A model generated the notes under the pieces. The model ran no database searches and was not told the DNA's origin. It was given only the letters and a program-made list of their open reading frames with translations. From the NCBI GenBank assembly GCA_964421955.1, contig CAYQYU010000001.1, positions 1-64,000 on the forward strand: a stretch of DNA of 64,000 bases. The letters are read 5' to 3'. The position numbers and the translations under genes were made by a program. Origin of the DNA: an uncultured archaeon (GTDB lineage: Archaea > Nanohalarchaeota > Nanosalinia > Nanosalinales > Nanosalinaceae). How positions within the stretch are numbered: position 1 is the first letter of the stretch; each line of letters starts with the position of its first letter. Positions 18,294-27,408 of this stretch are shown here, piece by piece.

Positions 18294-20009
18294 ATGCCTG
18301 ACGATGGTATAAGCAAGGAGAAGCTAGAACAGGAGCTTGGCGGTATAGAGGACGCTATCAAGGATCTAGAGAACCGTGTCCAGGATATCGAGGACAGGGA
18401 CATGATGGCTCAGCTCGAGCAGATGTCGCTCGAGGACGAGGTCAAGGAAGTAGAAGAAATGCTCAACCACATGAGCAAGGAGGAACTCGAGAAACGGCTC
18501 TCGATGATAGAGGAAATCAAGCAGGAATACCAGGAGGGAAAGGTCCACGAGAAACTGGAGTACCTCTACAGACAGATCAAGGACATCCGCCAGAGCATGG
18601 ACATAGAGAGCGCGGAACGCGATGAAGAGCTTGAGGACAGAATTGAAAAGATCGAGACCCAGCTAGAGAACCTCGACACAGGAACATCAGAGGGTGGAGA
18701 ATTCAGCGACAAGTACAAGAACGCTGTAAGATCGAACTACAACCAGCTCAAAAAACTCACGGAAGAGGTCAAACAGCTCAAGGAAGAGCTTCCGGAACTG
18801 GAACAGGAATCGGATGCAGATATTGACCGACTGAAGGGACAGCTCGACAGGATAGAAGAGCTTGAAAAGGAAGTCCAGAAGGTTAGCGGTTTCGAGGAAA
18901 GGCTTGAAGATCGCATACTGGACCTGGAATCGGAGGTCTCACGGATCGAGGACCTTGAGGGAAGAATCGACGATACTGAAGTAGTCCACAGGACACATAC
19001 TATCGAGGAGAGACCTGAGGTAAATGTTGAAGATGACGATCTCTCACACATAGAGTTCGACCTGAATGCGATCAAGTCACGCATAGCATCCCTTGAGAAA
19101 GACGGTCTCTCGACGAAGCTCGACCAGACCCAGGTACGGAACATGAGGAGAAGGATCAAGAAGCTTGAGAAAAAACTTCAGGAAGGCCGGGACAAGGCTC
19201 TTGAGGAGTTACGGGAAGACCTCGAATCGCGGGTCAACGAACTTGAAGAAGAGACGGTTGACGAGGAAGACCTGGATGAAGAGATTGAGGACTACCGTCA
19301 CGAGTTCGAGGAACGGTTGAGACAGCTGAGTTCTGAAATTGAGCGGGCGGTGAGAGAGGGAGAGCACCGGATCAACAGCCTTGAAGAGACCCTGCAGGAT
19401 GAAGTTCTAGAACAGTTGCAGGGCAGCGAGGAAGACCTCTCCGAACGGATCGACAGGGTTATCGAACTCGTAAACAGCAACCAGGACTACATAGAGAACG
19501 TCGAAGAAGAGCTTGAAGAACTGGAAAACCATGTCGAAAAGAAATCCCAGAGTATGGATGAACAGGTAAAGGAACTAGAGAAAGAAGCCGAGAGAGGTCA
19601 CGAGGGAATGGCGTCCAAGATCAGGGAGATTGCGGAAAATGTTAACAGGAACGAGAACAGGCTGGCAAGCGAATTCAACAGGATGGAGCAGAAAGTCCAG
19701 GACATGGAAGAGCTTATCGATACGAAGATCGAGAATCTGGAGAACCAGGTAGAGTCGCTTGAAAGAAGGGAAGAAAGAGCGGATAGGCAGGGAGAACTGC
19801 CCTCACCAGTCAACCTGGAGCAGAATATTGATAGTGTTTCAGAATCCGAACTCGGCACAATCGAGCAGAAAATAGATAACCTCGCGGAACATGTCATAAG
19901 CAACCAGGAGAAGATTCACGAGCTCCAGCAACAGATGAGGGCGGACGAAATTTCAAGGAGAGAGCAGCCTGCCAAGAGTTCCTCGGAAGATATAACAATT
20001 ATTAGCTAG
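18294..20009 (+). CDS. Long acidic coiled-coil protein
   Basis: Heptad-like L/I-E pattern over ~550 aa; no Walker motifs or TM. Confidence 0.8.
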   Translation: MPDDGISKEKLEQELGGIEDAIKDLENRVQDIEDRDMMAQLEQMSLEDEVKEVEEMLNHMSKEELEKRLSMIEEIKQEYQEGKVHEKLEYLYRQIKDIRQSMDIESAERDEELEDRIEKIETQLENLDTGTSEGGEFSDKYKNAVRSNYNQLKKLTEEVKQLKEELPELEQESDADIDRLKGQLDRIEELEKEVQKVSGFEERLEDRILDLESEVSRIEDLEGRIDDTEVVHRTHTIEERPEVNVEDDDLSHIEFDLNAIKSRIASLEKDGLSTKLDQTQVRNMRRRIKKLEKKLQEGRDKALEELREDLESRVNELEEETVDEEDLDEEIEDYRHEFEERLRQLSSEIERAVREGEHRINSLEETLQDEVLEQLQGSEEDLSERIDRVIELVNSNQDYIENVEEELEELENHVEKKSQSMDEQVKELEKEAERGHEGMASKIREIAENVNRNENRLASEFNRMEQKVQDMEELIDTKIENLENQVESLERREERADRQGELPSPVNLEQNIDSVSESELGTIEQKIDNLAEHVISNQEKIHELQQQMRADEISRREQPAKSSSEDITIIS

Positions 20010-20935
20010 AGCATCGAGAGCAAGAACGTAATCCCTCCGCCCCAGACATCTGTCACAAGTAGTGCGAGAGGGAAGACCGGCACGAAACGCAGGCCAGACT
20101 TTACCTCTACAGTATCGATTCCCGCGTCTTCCAGCCTCTCGATCTCTTCCCCGGTCACGCCGACCACTTCTGGGTATCCGGTCCTGTCCTCAATATCTCG
20201 CATTACTCCGGAATCGAATGGCAGGAACTTCCTGAACTTCGAGACCGCGTTCCCGAGCATGTTCTTCTCCCGGACCTCTTCACCCGGGAGAACCGCTGAA
20301 TCTATAACATCTCCCGGCTCCAGTTCCGAGATTTCTGTGCTGGATGACATTGCGTCTTCCTCGAGCACCTGGAGAAAACGGTAGAAGAAGATGAAGAACA
20401 GTGCCGCACCGAAGTAGAGGAAGCCATCGAGGTTAACGTAAAACCCGATACCTGATAGAAGTCCTGCGAGAAGTATTTCAAGCGAGATCCTTTTCTCCTG
20501 AGCCCTGATCCTGCCAAGAGTTTTTCTCACCAGACCTCCCGACTTGAGTCCCTGATAGAAAGCAAACAGTACTGAGTATACCAGACCAATCATCATTATG
20601 TTGACGAAGAGATTCGTGGCATGAATAAGTCCTGTTCCTGAGACCGAGTAAGGTGCTGCAAACCCGAGGACAGACATCGCAAAAGCATCGGCCCCTCCCC
20701 ACATTCCGAGGAAGTACATACCCCATCCGTAGATCGAAAAAACTGCTCCTATTCCCACGCTCCAGGTAATCGGATCTAGAGAACCAGTATAGTAGGCGTG
20801 GAGTGCGTGGAGAACTATCCCTCCAACGACACCGACGATGCCGGCCAGGTCAGGCACATCCGTTGTCTCAAGATCCCATAGAGCAGCGATGAACAAGGTG
20901 GAGAACGCCACCAGATGGGAGAATATTACCAGCAT
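20006..20935 (-). CDS. Prepilin (class III signal) peptidase, A24 family
   Basis: AALWDL..TDVPD, WGGAD aspartate motif, C-terminal GLRFVPVF. Confidence 0.88.
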   Translation of the reverse strand: MLVIFSHLVAFSTLFIAALWDLETTDVPDLAGIVGVVGGIVLHALHAYYTGSLDPITWSVGIGAVFSIYGWGMYFLGMWGGADAFAMSVLGFAAPYSVSGTGLIHATNLFVNIMMIGLVYSVLFAFYQGLKSGGLVRKTLGRIRAQEKRISLEILLAGLLSGIGFYVNLDGFLYFGAALFFIFFYRFLQVLEEDAMSSSTEISELEPGDVIDSAVLPGEEVREKNMLGNAVSKFRKFLPFDSGVMRDIEDRTGYPEVVGVTGEEIERLEDAGIDTVEVKSGLRFVPVFPLALLVTDVWGGGITFLLSML

Positions 20936-20977
20936 AACAGTCTTTAAAACCGATTGGAGTTAAAACTATACTGCTGT

Positions 20978-21877
20978 ATGGCTGACGATGACTGGGAAAA
21001 TATAGTGATTGAAACCGGTGTTGACACACTTCTCAACTATCTCGCCGAGAACCAGAAGGCGCCTGTGTCCAAGATTTCGGATGAACTCGGGGTATCCGAG
21101 GACCGCATAAAAGAGTGGGCGGAGGCACTCGAGGAAAACGATTTTGTCGAGAAAAAATATTCTGCCCGGAAAGGCATGGTTCTACGTTACACATCGGATA
21201 ACAAGGATAATGCAGAAGAGAAAATTATGGAGCTCCGGCAACAGATAGAGGAGGAATCCGAGAAGGTCCAGGGCGAGTTGGAGAAACGCCAGTCAAAGAT
21301 TGAAGAGGCAAAGGAAAAGCTCCAGGACATGGCCGATGAACTCCAGGAGAACCGGAAGAAAGAGGAGGAGACCAAGGAAAAGCTCGAGGAGCTGGAAGAG
21401 CTCGAAGAAGAACTCAAGCAAAATCTGGAGAAACAGAAACAGAAAGAGGAACAACTGCACTCACATTCGATAAATCTTCTCACCCGGATCGACTCCGCTT
21501 TAAACAGGATACAGAGAGCCGAGGAGACCGCTGAAGACTTTGAAGAGAAAAAAGACGAGATCCGGAAGAAGGTGAAGGCGCTGAAAAAGCTGGAACAGCA
21601 CGCTGAAACGGTCGAAGAGGTCGAAGACCAGCTTAAGGAAATTCAAGATGAAGAAGTGGAGGCAGAAGGCCTATTCACCCGTTTCATAGGCCATATCAGC
21701 AGCATTTTCAGTTCCGACAGCTACAGCGACATCCTGTCCGGAACGGTCGAAGAGGCAAAGGACGAGATCTCCAGGATGAATTCTCCAGACTACGGTAAAA
21801 TAATCGAGGCCGAAAAGTCCGGTAAAAACAGGGAAACTCTGATAAAATGGCTTGAAAAGAAGAATGAGCAAGACTAA
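20978..21877 (+). CDS. HTH plus coiled-coil protein upstream of pilus ATPase
   Basis: IETGVD.LL..L...VSKISDELGVS...I.EWA..LEE winged-HTH-like N-terminus; coiled coil; start reassigned to ATG 20978. Confidence 0.75.
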   Translation: MADDDWENIVIETGVDTLLNYLAENQKAPVSKISDELGVSEDRIKEWAEALEENDFVEKKYSARKGMVLRYTSDNKDNAEEKIMELRQQIEEESEKVQGELEKRQSKIEEAKEKLQDMADELQENRKKEEETKEKLEELEELEEELKQNLEKQKQKEEQLHSHSINLLTRIDSALNRIQRAEETAEDFEEKKDEIRKKVKALKKLEQHAETVEEVEDQLKEIQDEEVEAEGLFTRFIGHISSIFSSDSYSDILSGTVEEAKDEISRMNSPDYGKIIEAEKSGKNRETLIKWLEKKNEQD

Positions 21878-23366
21878 AGACGAATACCAGGTAGAGGCAG
21901 ATGGAGTACCTGCAAAGGTGGTTATAAAGGAAGAGGACGATGAATACGTCCTGATATACGAGATCGAGAGACCGGAGATCAAGACCGCAACGGAGGCAGT
22001 ACTCGGCGACCTGAAGGAGAGAATTGTGAAGAACGTTGATCTCTCAACCGAGGAATTTGTAAACGCGAAGGAACTCGAGAACGTGAAGAAGAAGTTCCGG
22101 GACCAGGCCATGGAGCTTCTGGAAGAAGAGCTACCAGAGACCTCGGACCGGTCGAAAAAGATTCTTATAGGGAACATCGTGCACGAGATGCTTGGACTCG
22201 GCGACATAGAGGTCCTCCTCAACGACCAGCATCTCGAGGAAATCGTCATAAACGGCGCAACGGAGCCGGCCTGGGTCTACCACAAGGAGCTCGGTTGGAT
22301 GAAGTCGGACATCGAGTTCGAGGACGAGGACCAGATCTACAACTATGCGTCGGAGATCGGAAGGCGGGTCGGGAAAAACATTTCATCGCTGCATCCTCTT
22401 CTCGATGCGCACCTGCCCTCGGGAGATCGTACAAACGCGACACTTTACCCGATCTCGACCCAGGGAAACACTATAACCATCAGGAAGTTTGCGCGTGATC
22501 CATGGACGATAACCGACTTTATAGAAAACGGTACTATCAACCGTGAGGTCGCGGCATTTCTCTGGCTGTGCCTCCAGTACGAGCTGAACATTATTGTTTC
22601 GGGAGGTACGGGAGCCGGTAAGACCTCGTTGCTGAACGTCTTGATGCCTTTCATTCCTCCAAATCAGCGTATCCTGTCTATCGAGGACACACGCGAGGTT
22701 CAGCTGCCGGAGTTCCTTCACTGGGTTCCGCTGACAACTCGGGAGCCCAACCCGGAGGGCAAGGGAGGCGTATCGATGCTTGACCTGCTTGTCAATGCGC
22801 TCCGTATGCGTCCCGACCGCATCCTGGTAGGAGAGATCAGGAGGAAACGGCAGGCAGAGGTACTCTTCGAGGCTATGCACACCGGACACTCCGTCTACTC
22901 GACTCTGCACGCTGACACCGCTGAACAGACGGTCAGGCGCCTTGTAAACCCTCCAATCGACGTTCCGAAGACAATGGTCGATGCGGTCGATGTAAACGTG
23001 GTCATGTTCCGCGACCGCAGGAGAAACTTCCGGCGCGTAATGGAGGTCGCGGAGGTCACCGAGGAGGACGATGACGAGATCGGCGCAGACCTCCTCTACG
23101 AGTGGCACTCGAAGGAGGACAAATTCGAGCAGAGCCAGGAGTCACAGAGCATTTTCGAGACATTAAAGCTCCACACCGGGCTGACACGGGAAGAGATAAA
23201 CGAGGACCTGGAGCAGAAGAGAAACGTGCTTGAATGGATGCAGAACCACGATATCAACACAGTCGACACTGTCGGCAAGATCGTGGCCGAGTACTACTCG
23301 GACAGGGAAGAGGTTGTCGAGGCCGCGGAAAATGACCATGATCCATCTAACATTCTCGAAACCTAG
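21864..23366 (+). CDS. Type IV pilus assembly ATPase (VirB11/CpaF/PilB-like)
   Basis: GGTGAGKT, SIEDTRE, LRMRPDRILVGEIR and AMHTGHS..STLHA motifs. Confidence 0.95.
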   Translation: MSKTKDEYQVEADGVPAKVVIKEEDDEYVLIYEIERPEIKTATEAVLGDLKERIVKNVDLSTEEFVNAKELENVKKKFRDQAMELLEEELPETSDRSKKILIGNIVHEMLGLGDIEVLLNDQHLEEIVINGATEPAWVYHKELGWMKSDIEFEDEDQIYNYASEIGRRVGKNISSLHPLLDAHLPSGDRTNATLYPISTQGNTITIRKFARDPWTITDFIENGTINREVAAFLWLCLQYELNIIVSGGTGAGKTSLLNVLMPFIPPNQRILSIEDTREVQLPEFLHWVPLTTREPNPEGKGGVSMLDLLVNALRMRPDRILVGEIRRKRQAEVLFEAMHTGHSVYSTLHADTAEQTVRRLVNPPIDVPKTMVDAVDVNVVMFRDRRRNFRRVMEVAEVTEEDDDEIGADLLYEWHSKEDKFEQSQESQSIFETLKLHTGLTREEINEDLEQKRNVLEWMQNHDINTVDTVGKIVAEYYSDREEVVEAAENDHDPSNILET

Positions 23367-23689
23367 TCAGAGCTCGTGTCGACAAATGCAGGTACACACA
23401 TCTCCGTCTCGTAGCTCTGCCACAGCGAACCGAACAGGAAAAGTGCGATGTATGAAAGGAAGAGATCCTGTAGTAGCTGAGGGCTGAGGACAAAACCGTT
23501 TCCGAAAAGCGTGGCTTCAAGTCTTGCGACAGATAACGCTATAACCCCTCCTATGCTCAAGGCTATGAAGTAGTAGAGAGGCACAAACTGTGATTCCTTG
23601 CACTCCTGGATAGCAATATAGACAAGTACTATGGAAATCAGCGATAGAAGCAGCGCAACAAACTGCAAAAACAGGTTGAATACTTCCAT
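23363..23689 (-). CDS. Small 3-TM membrane protein, antisense within pilus locus
   Basis: 108-aa ORF with three hydrophobic helices filling the gap between ATPase and platform genes. Confidence 0.65.
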   Translation of the reverse strand: MEVFNLFLQFVALLLSLISIVLVYIAIQECKESQFVPLYYFIALSIGGVIALSVARLEATLFGNGFVLSPQLLQDLFLSYIALFLFGSLWQSYETEMCVPAFVDTSSD

Positions 23690-23767
23690 AGAATATGGAA
23701 AGTCTCGCCTGTATAAAAAATAATGCCCTCTTTACTTTTTATTTAAGCGTCCAGAAAACTTTCCCGT

Positions 23768-24622
23768 ATGAAGCTTCAGGCCTCCGAGAGATATATCCGG
23801 CCACTACTCCCGGCGGCAGACAAGGCCAAGAAGCTGGTTCCCAACATAAACAGGGATCTCACGCGGGCGAGGATGGATGTCGATCCGGACGTATTCCTGG
23901 CCACGGCTATACTGCGCGGATTCCAGATAGGAGGCTCTCTTTCACTCGCCATAATGCTTTTCGGAATCGTCGAGGGCAACCAGGGCATAATACTTGGCTC
24001 AATCTTCGGATTTCCTCTCATCGGAGCATTCGGGTTCTTCTCGTTCGCCAACTATCCCAAGATAAAGGGCAAGAAAATATCCCGGAAGCTGGAGCGAGAC
24101 CTGCCTTACGCCCTGAGACACATGCTTATAGAGGTCCGCTCGGGCATCTCGCTCTACGAGGCAATGGTCTCGGTCAGCGAGGACTACGGCGAGGCCTCGA
24201 AGGAGTTCAACAAGATCGTGAAGGATATCAACGGTGGAAAACCGCAGGTCGAGGCTCTCGAAGACTCTATAGTCAGGAATCCCTCAACACAGTACAGGAG
24301 GGCGATGTGGCAGATGATCAACGCGCTGAAGTCAGGCACAGACGTTTCGAATACTCTCGAAACTCTGGTAGAGTCGATGGTCAAGCAGCAGAAGCTCGAG
24401 GTGAAGCGGTACGGGAAGGAACTCAATCCCTACGTACTCGTCTACCTGATGGTCGCGGTTATTGTGCCGTCACTCGGCGTAACGTTCCTGATAGTGCTGT
24501 CAACCTTCACAGGAGTGGGGCTCAACCAGTTCACATTCTTCCAGATACTCGGGGGACTGATACTTTTCCAGGTATTCTTCCTGAACTTTGTTAAGTCCAA
24601 GAGACCGGAGGTGAAGGCCTGA
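23768..24622 (+). CDS. Type II secretion F/TadC-like pilus platform protein
   Basis: LP.ALRHMLIEVRSG.SL..AM...YGE.S.EF, TM topology, context. Confidence 0.9.
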   Translation: MKLQASERYIRPLLPAADKAKKLVPNINRDLTRARMDVDPDVFLATAILRGFQIGGSLSLAIMLFGIVEGNQGIILGSIFGFPLIGAFGFFSFANYPKIKGKKISRKLERDLPYALRHMLIEVRSGISLYEAMVSVSEDYGEASKEFNKIVKDINGGKPQVEALEDSIVRNPSTQYRRAMWQMINALKSGTDVSNTLETLVESMVKQQKLEVKRYGKELNPYVLVYLMVAVIVPSLGVTFLIVLSTFTGVGLNQFTFFQILGGLILFQVFFLNFVKSKRPEVKA

Positions 24623-25632
24623 TGAATATAGGAGATTTACCGGATTCGGTCTTCAACGACCTTATCGAGGACCAGGTGCTATACGAGAAGTTGCCGGACT
24701 TCTACAAGAAAAAAATCGAGGAAGAGGCCCGCTACGCCTCAATCGGCTCACCTGAGAGAATAACGCTCAACTTGATGGCTGCAACTTCAGCGGCAATATT
24801 CCTTGCGAGCGCATTCCTGCCCTACCCTCCCATTGCCAAGATCGGGATAGGTTTAATCGGTCTACTGGCTATACCCCCGCTGCTACCTTACCTGATTATA
24901 TCGCTTGCAGCCGAACGCAGAAAGAATGAGATGGAGAAAGTGCTTCCCGATGCTCTACTTCTCGTGAGCGCAAACATCAAGTCAGGACTCAACATCGAGA
25001 AAGCATTTTTGCTCGGTGCACGCGACGAGTTCGGGCCGCTCGCGGAAGAGTTAAGGCAGACTGCGATGGAGATGTTCGGCGGGAAACCGGTGGAAGAATC
25101 ACTGGAAGGACTCGAGTACCGCGTCAAATCACCGCTCTTCAAGGAAACGATAAAACTTCTTATCGACGGCCTCGAATCCGGGGGCAACACCGCCGAGCTT
25201 CTCGAGTCAAGCGCCGACGACATAAGAAATTCGCTGGAGCTCCAGAAAGAGATAAGCTCAAACATCAGGATGTACGTCATGTTTATCCTCATGGCAGCGA
25301 TGATCGGAGCACCTCTGCTGTTCTCCATCAGCGTCTACATGGCCGATACAACCGCGAACATGTGGGAAAGCACAGATATAGGAGAGATGCAGACAGGCGG
25401 CCAGCTCGGGCTCAGCTTCCAGCAGCCGCAGGTCGAGACAGCCTTCTTCGAGCAGTTCGCAATAATGGCAATTATAGTCATCAACTTCTTCTCAGCTCTG
25501 ATCATATCCGAGATAAAGAACGCGAACATCAAGGAGGGAGCAAAGTACATACCGGTGATGGTTACGATCTCAATACTCCTGTTTTTCGTTATCAAGAGTC
25601 TTGTCGCCTCTCTTATGGGAGGTTTCGCCTGA
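24622..25632 (+). CDS. Second type II secretion F/TadC-like platform protein
   Basis: LPDALLLVSANIKSG, FGPLAEEL, ESGG..A.LL; context. Confidence 0.9.
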   Translation: MNIGDLPDSVFNDLIEDQVLYEKLPDFYKKKIEEEARYASIGSPERITLNLMAATSAAIFLASAFLPYPPIAKIGIGLIGLLAIPPLLPYLIISLAAERRKNEMEKVLPDALLLVSANIKSGLNIEKAFLLGARDEFGPLAEELRQTAMEMFGGKPVEESLEGLEYRVKSPLFKETIKLLIDGLESGGNTAELLESSADDIRNSLELQKEISSNIRMYVMFILMAAMIGAPLLFSISVYMADTTANMWESTDIGEMQTGGQLGLSFQQPQVETAFFEQFAIMAIIVINFFSALIISEIKNANIKEGAKYIPVMVTISILLFFVIKSLVASLMGGFA

Positions 25633-25690
25633 GAGCAAGGCTTTTTATAAACCCTAGAGCAATTATCGCATAGTTCAGGTGTAAAACCTG

Positions 25691-26149
25691 ATGACAGCAA
25701 AAATGACAAGAAGAAAAGGACAGTCCGCCATCGAGTACTTGATGACGTATGGCTGGATGCTTCTGGTAGTCGCAATCGTTGGAGGAGTAATCTTCGCGAC
25801 AGTCCAGGGACAGTGCGCCAAGCAGGCCACCGGTTTCACTGGTGAAACCATTACAGTCCCATCGGACGGCTTCGAGATTACGCCTAACAACGTTCAGGTA
25901 AGAGTTGAAAACACAGGAAGTGATCAGGTAACGATCAACAACGCAACACTTTCAGATGATTCGGGAAGTGTAGACCAGGTAACTGGCATCGCACAGACAC
26001 TGAACGTTGGAGACAACTACGTAGTTACCTTCTCAGGTGTCTCGGAAAACACGGCCTGTAACGACTACGACCTGTCGATCAACTTCGACAGAGGAAGCAT
26101 CACAGGTGCAGTGGCATCCGGAACACTTTCCGGAAACATGGCGCCGTAA
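25691..26149 (+). CDS. Type IV pilin (class III signal), candidate major pilin
   Basis: RRKG/QSAIEYLMTYGW signal; own TTTATAAA box near 25643; T-rich terminator at ~26155-26180. Confidence 0.9.
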   Translation: MTAKMTRRKGQSAIEYLMTYGWMLLVVAIVGGVIFATVQGQCAKQATGFTGETITVPSDGFEITPNNVQVRVENTGSDQVTINNATLSDDSGSVDQVTGIAQTLNVGDNYVVTFSGVSENTACNDYDLSINFDRGSITGAVASGTLSGNMAP

Positions 26150-26181
26150 AAACATTTCTCCCTATTTTTCTTTTTACTCTA

Positions 26182-27408
26182 TCAATACGCTAGCGCACCT
26201 ATACCCCACAGGTTGACGTGGTAATCATCCAGCCTGAACCAGGGATGCTCGCCTGAAACCCCTCTTATCTCGTTAAGCGACCCGTAACCCGTGCTGTTAA
26301 AGTAGACGTAGCCGACCGCAGACTCCTGCTGCTGGAGCCCGGCAGGTAGACGGGGTACCTCGATCAGAGTCGCAACACCTTCACCGTCAGGACTTACAAG
26401 ATTGTTTCCGAGCCTGTCAAAGAAGCCAGGGCCTCTATCCGTCTCGACGTAGCAGTTCTGTTTGAACATTTCCCGGAAGGACGAGCGCCACACTTCATCG
26501 TCGTTGAGTATAACTGACATGTTCTGCGTGATATCATCTATGGTGCTGGTGCCAGAAAGATCAAAGATGTACTTGTTCGTGTAGCCAGTAGAACTGTTAG
26601 GCTCTGCGGATACAACTCCGGCGAAGCTGTTCACATCCGCCACCGCGTATGAATCGACGTCGTCCACCGCAAGAATCTTCTCCGACTTCCGGCCGACGCC
26701 TGCCAGACTTCCTGGATTGACAACAGCGTATCCATACACCGCATCCGGGGAATGGTAGTTACCAGTATTCAAGTTTTCCGCGGGTTTGTCAAAGCCACAT
26801 CTCCTGTACTGCGAGATATACCGACCCTGTGAGCGCAGCAAAATCATCGAGTCTTCGATGCCCTTTATGGATACCTCGGTGGTCGCAGACTTCGTACGGT
26901 TGAACTCCGCCAGTGTAGAAGGGTCCTTGAGACGCGCAAATACGCTGTAAGACGGTCGAACCGTGAATCCCGACGAGTTGAAGGACTGATTCACCAGCTC
27001 TATCTCCAGGCTGTAACCTGACCTTAATGCGATGTCCGATACCCTCTGGCTCCAGTCGTTCAGAGTGGCGTTCTCGGTCGAGTTCAACTCTGTTCCCGAT
27101 ATAGTTCCGTTGACTAGCGCTGACGTGAAGTTTTTCTCGGGATCCTGAAGTTTTTCCCCGGTCTCGACCACGTAGTTCGTTGAACCGGTTAATGCCCTGC
27201 TGGTTGCTATCTCAAGAGACCGATCCATGTCGTTGAGAACACTTTCCATGAAGAACGAGGCCTCGCTGATACGGGCTGCATCCCCTTCATTGATCTGGAT
27301 GCTGTTTGTGACAGGGAACGCAAACATCAGCAGTAGTAATCCGGACGACAGTATCGCAAAGCTCGTGTATACAAGTCCTTTCCCTGATCTTTCTCCAATC
27401 ATCTCCAC
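26182..27408 (-). CDS. Pilin-like/minor pilin protein
   Basis: SGKG/LVYT plus hydrophobic helix; last gene of a 5-gene pilin operon. Confidence 0.75.
   Translation of the reverse strand: MEMIGERSGKGLVYTSFAILSSGLLLLMFAFPVTNSIQINEGDAARISEASFFMESVLNDMDRSLEIATSRALTGSTNYVVETGEKLQDPEKNFTSALVNGTISGTELNSTENATLNDWSQRVSDIALRSGYSLEIELVNQSFNSSGFTVRPSYSVFARLKDPSTLAEFNRTKSATTEVSIKGIEDSMILLRSQGRYISQYRRCGFDKPAENLNTGNYHSPDAVYGYAVVNPGSLAGVGRKSEKILAVDDVDSYAVADVNSFAGVVSAEPNSSTGYTNKYIFDLSGTSTIDDITQNMSVILNDDEVWRSSFREMFKQNCYVETDRGPGFFDRLGNNLVSPDGEGVATLIEVPRLPAGLQQQESAVGYVYFNSTGYGSLNEIRGVSGEHPWFRLDDYHVNLWGIGALAY

Noticed and set aside
18294-20009. SMC/Rad50 annotation
   Set aside because: No Walker A/B, signature, hinge or zinc-hook motif.
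23695-24594. 299-aa alternative-frame ORF
   Set aside because: Overlaps the well-supported TadC-like gene; R/G-rich composition is typical of a shadow frame.
17776-25632. Archaellum operon
   Set aside because: No ArlH (KaiC-like) or ArlF/G genes; two separate TadC-like genes and a short ATPase fit an adhesive pilus.
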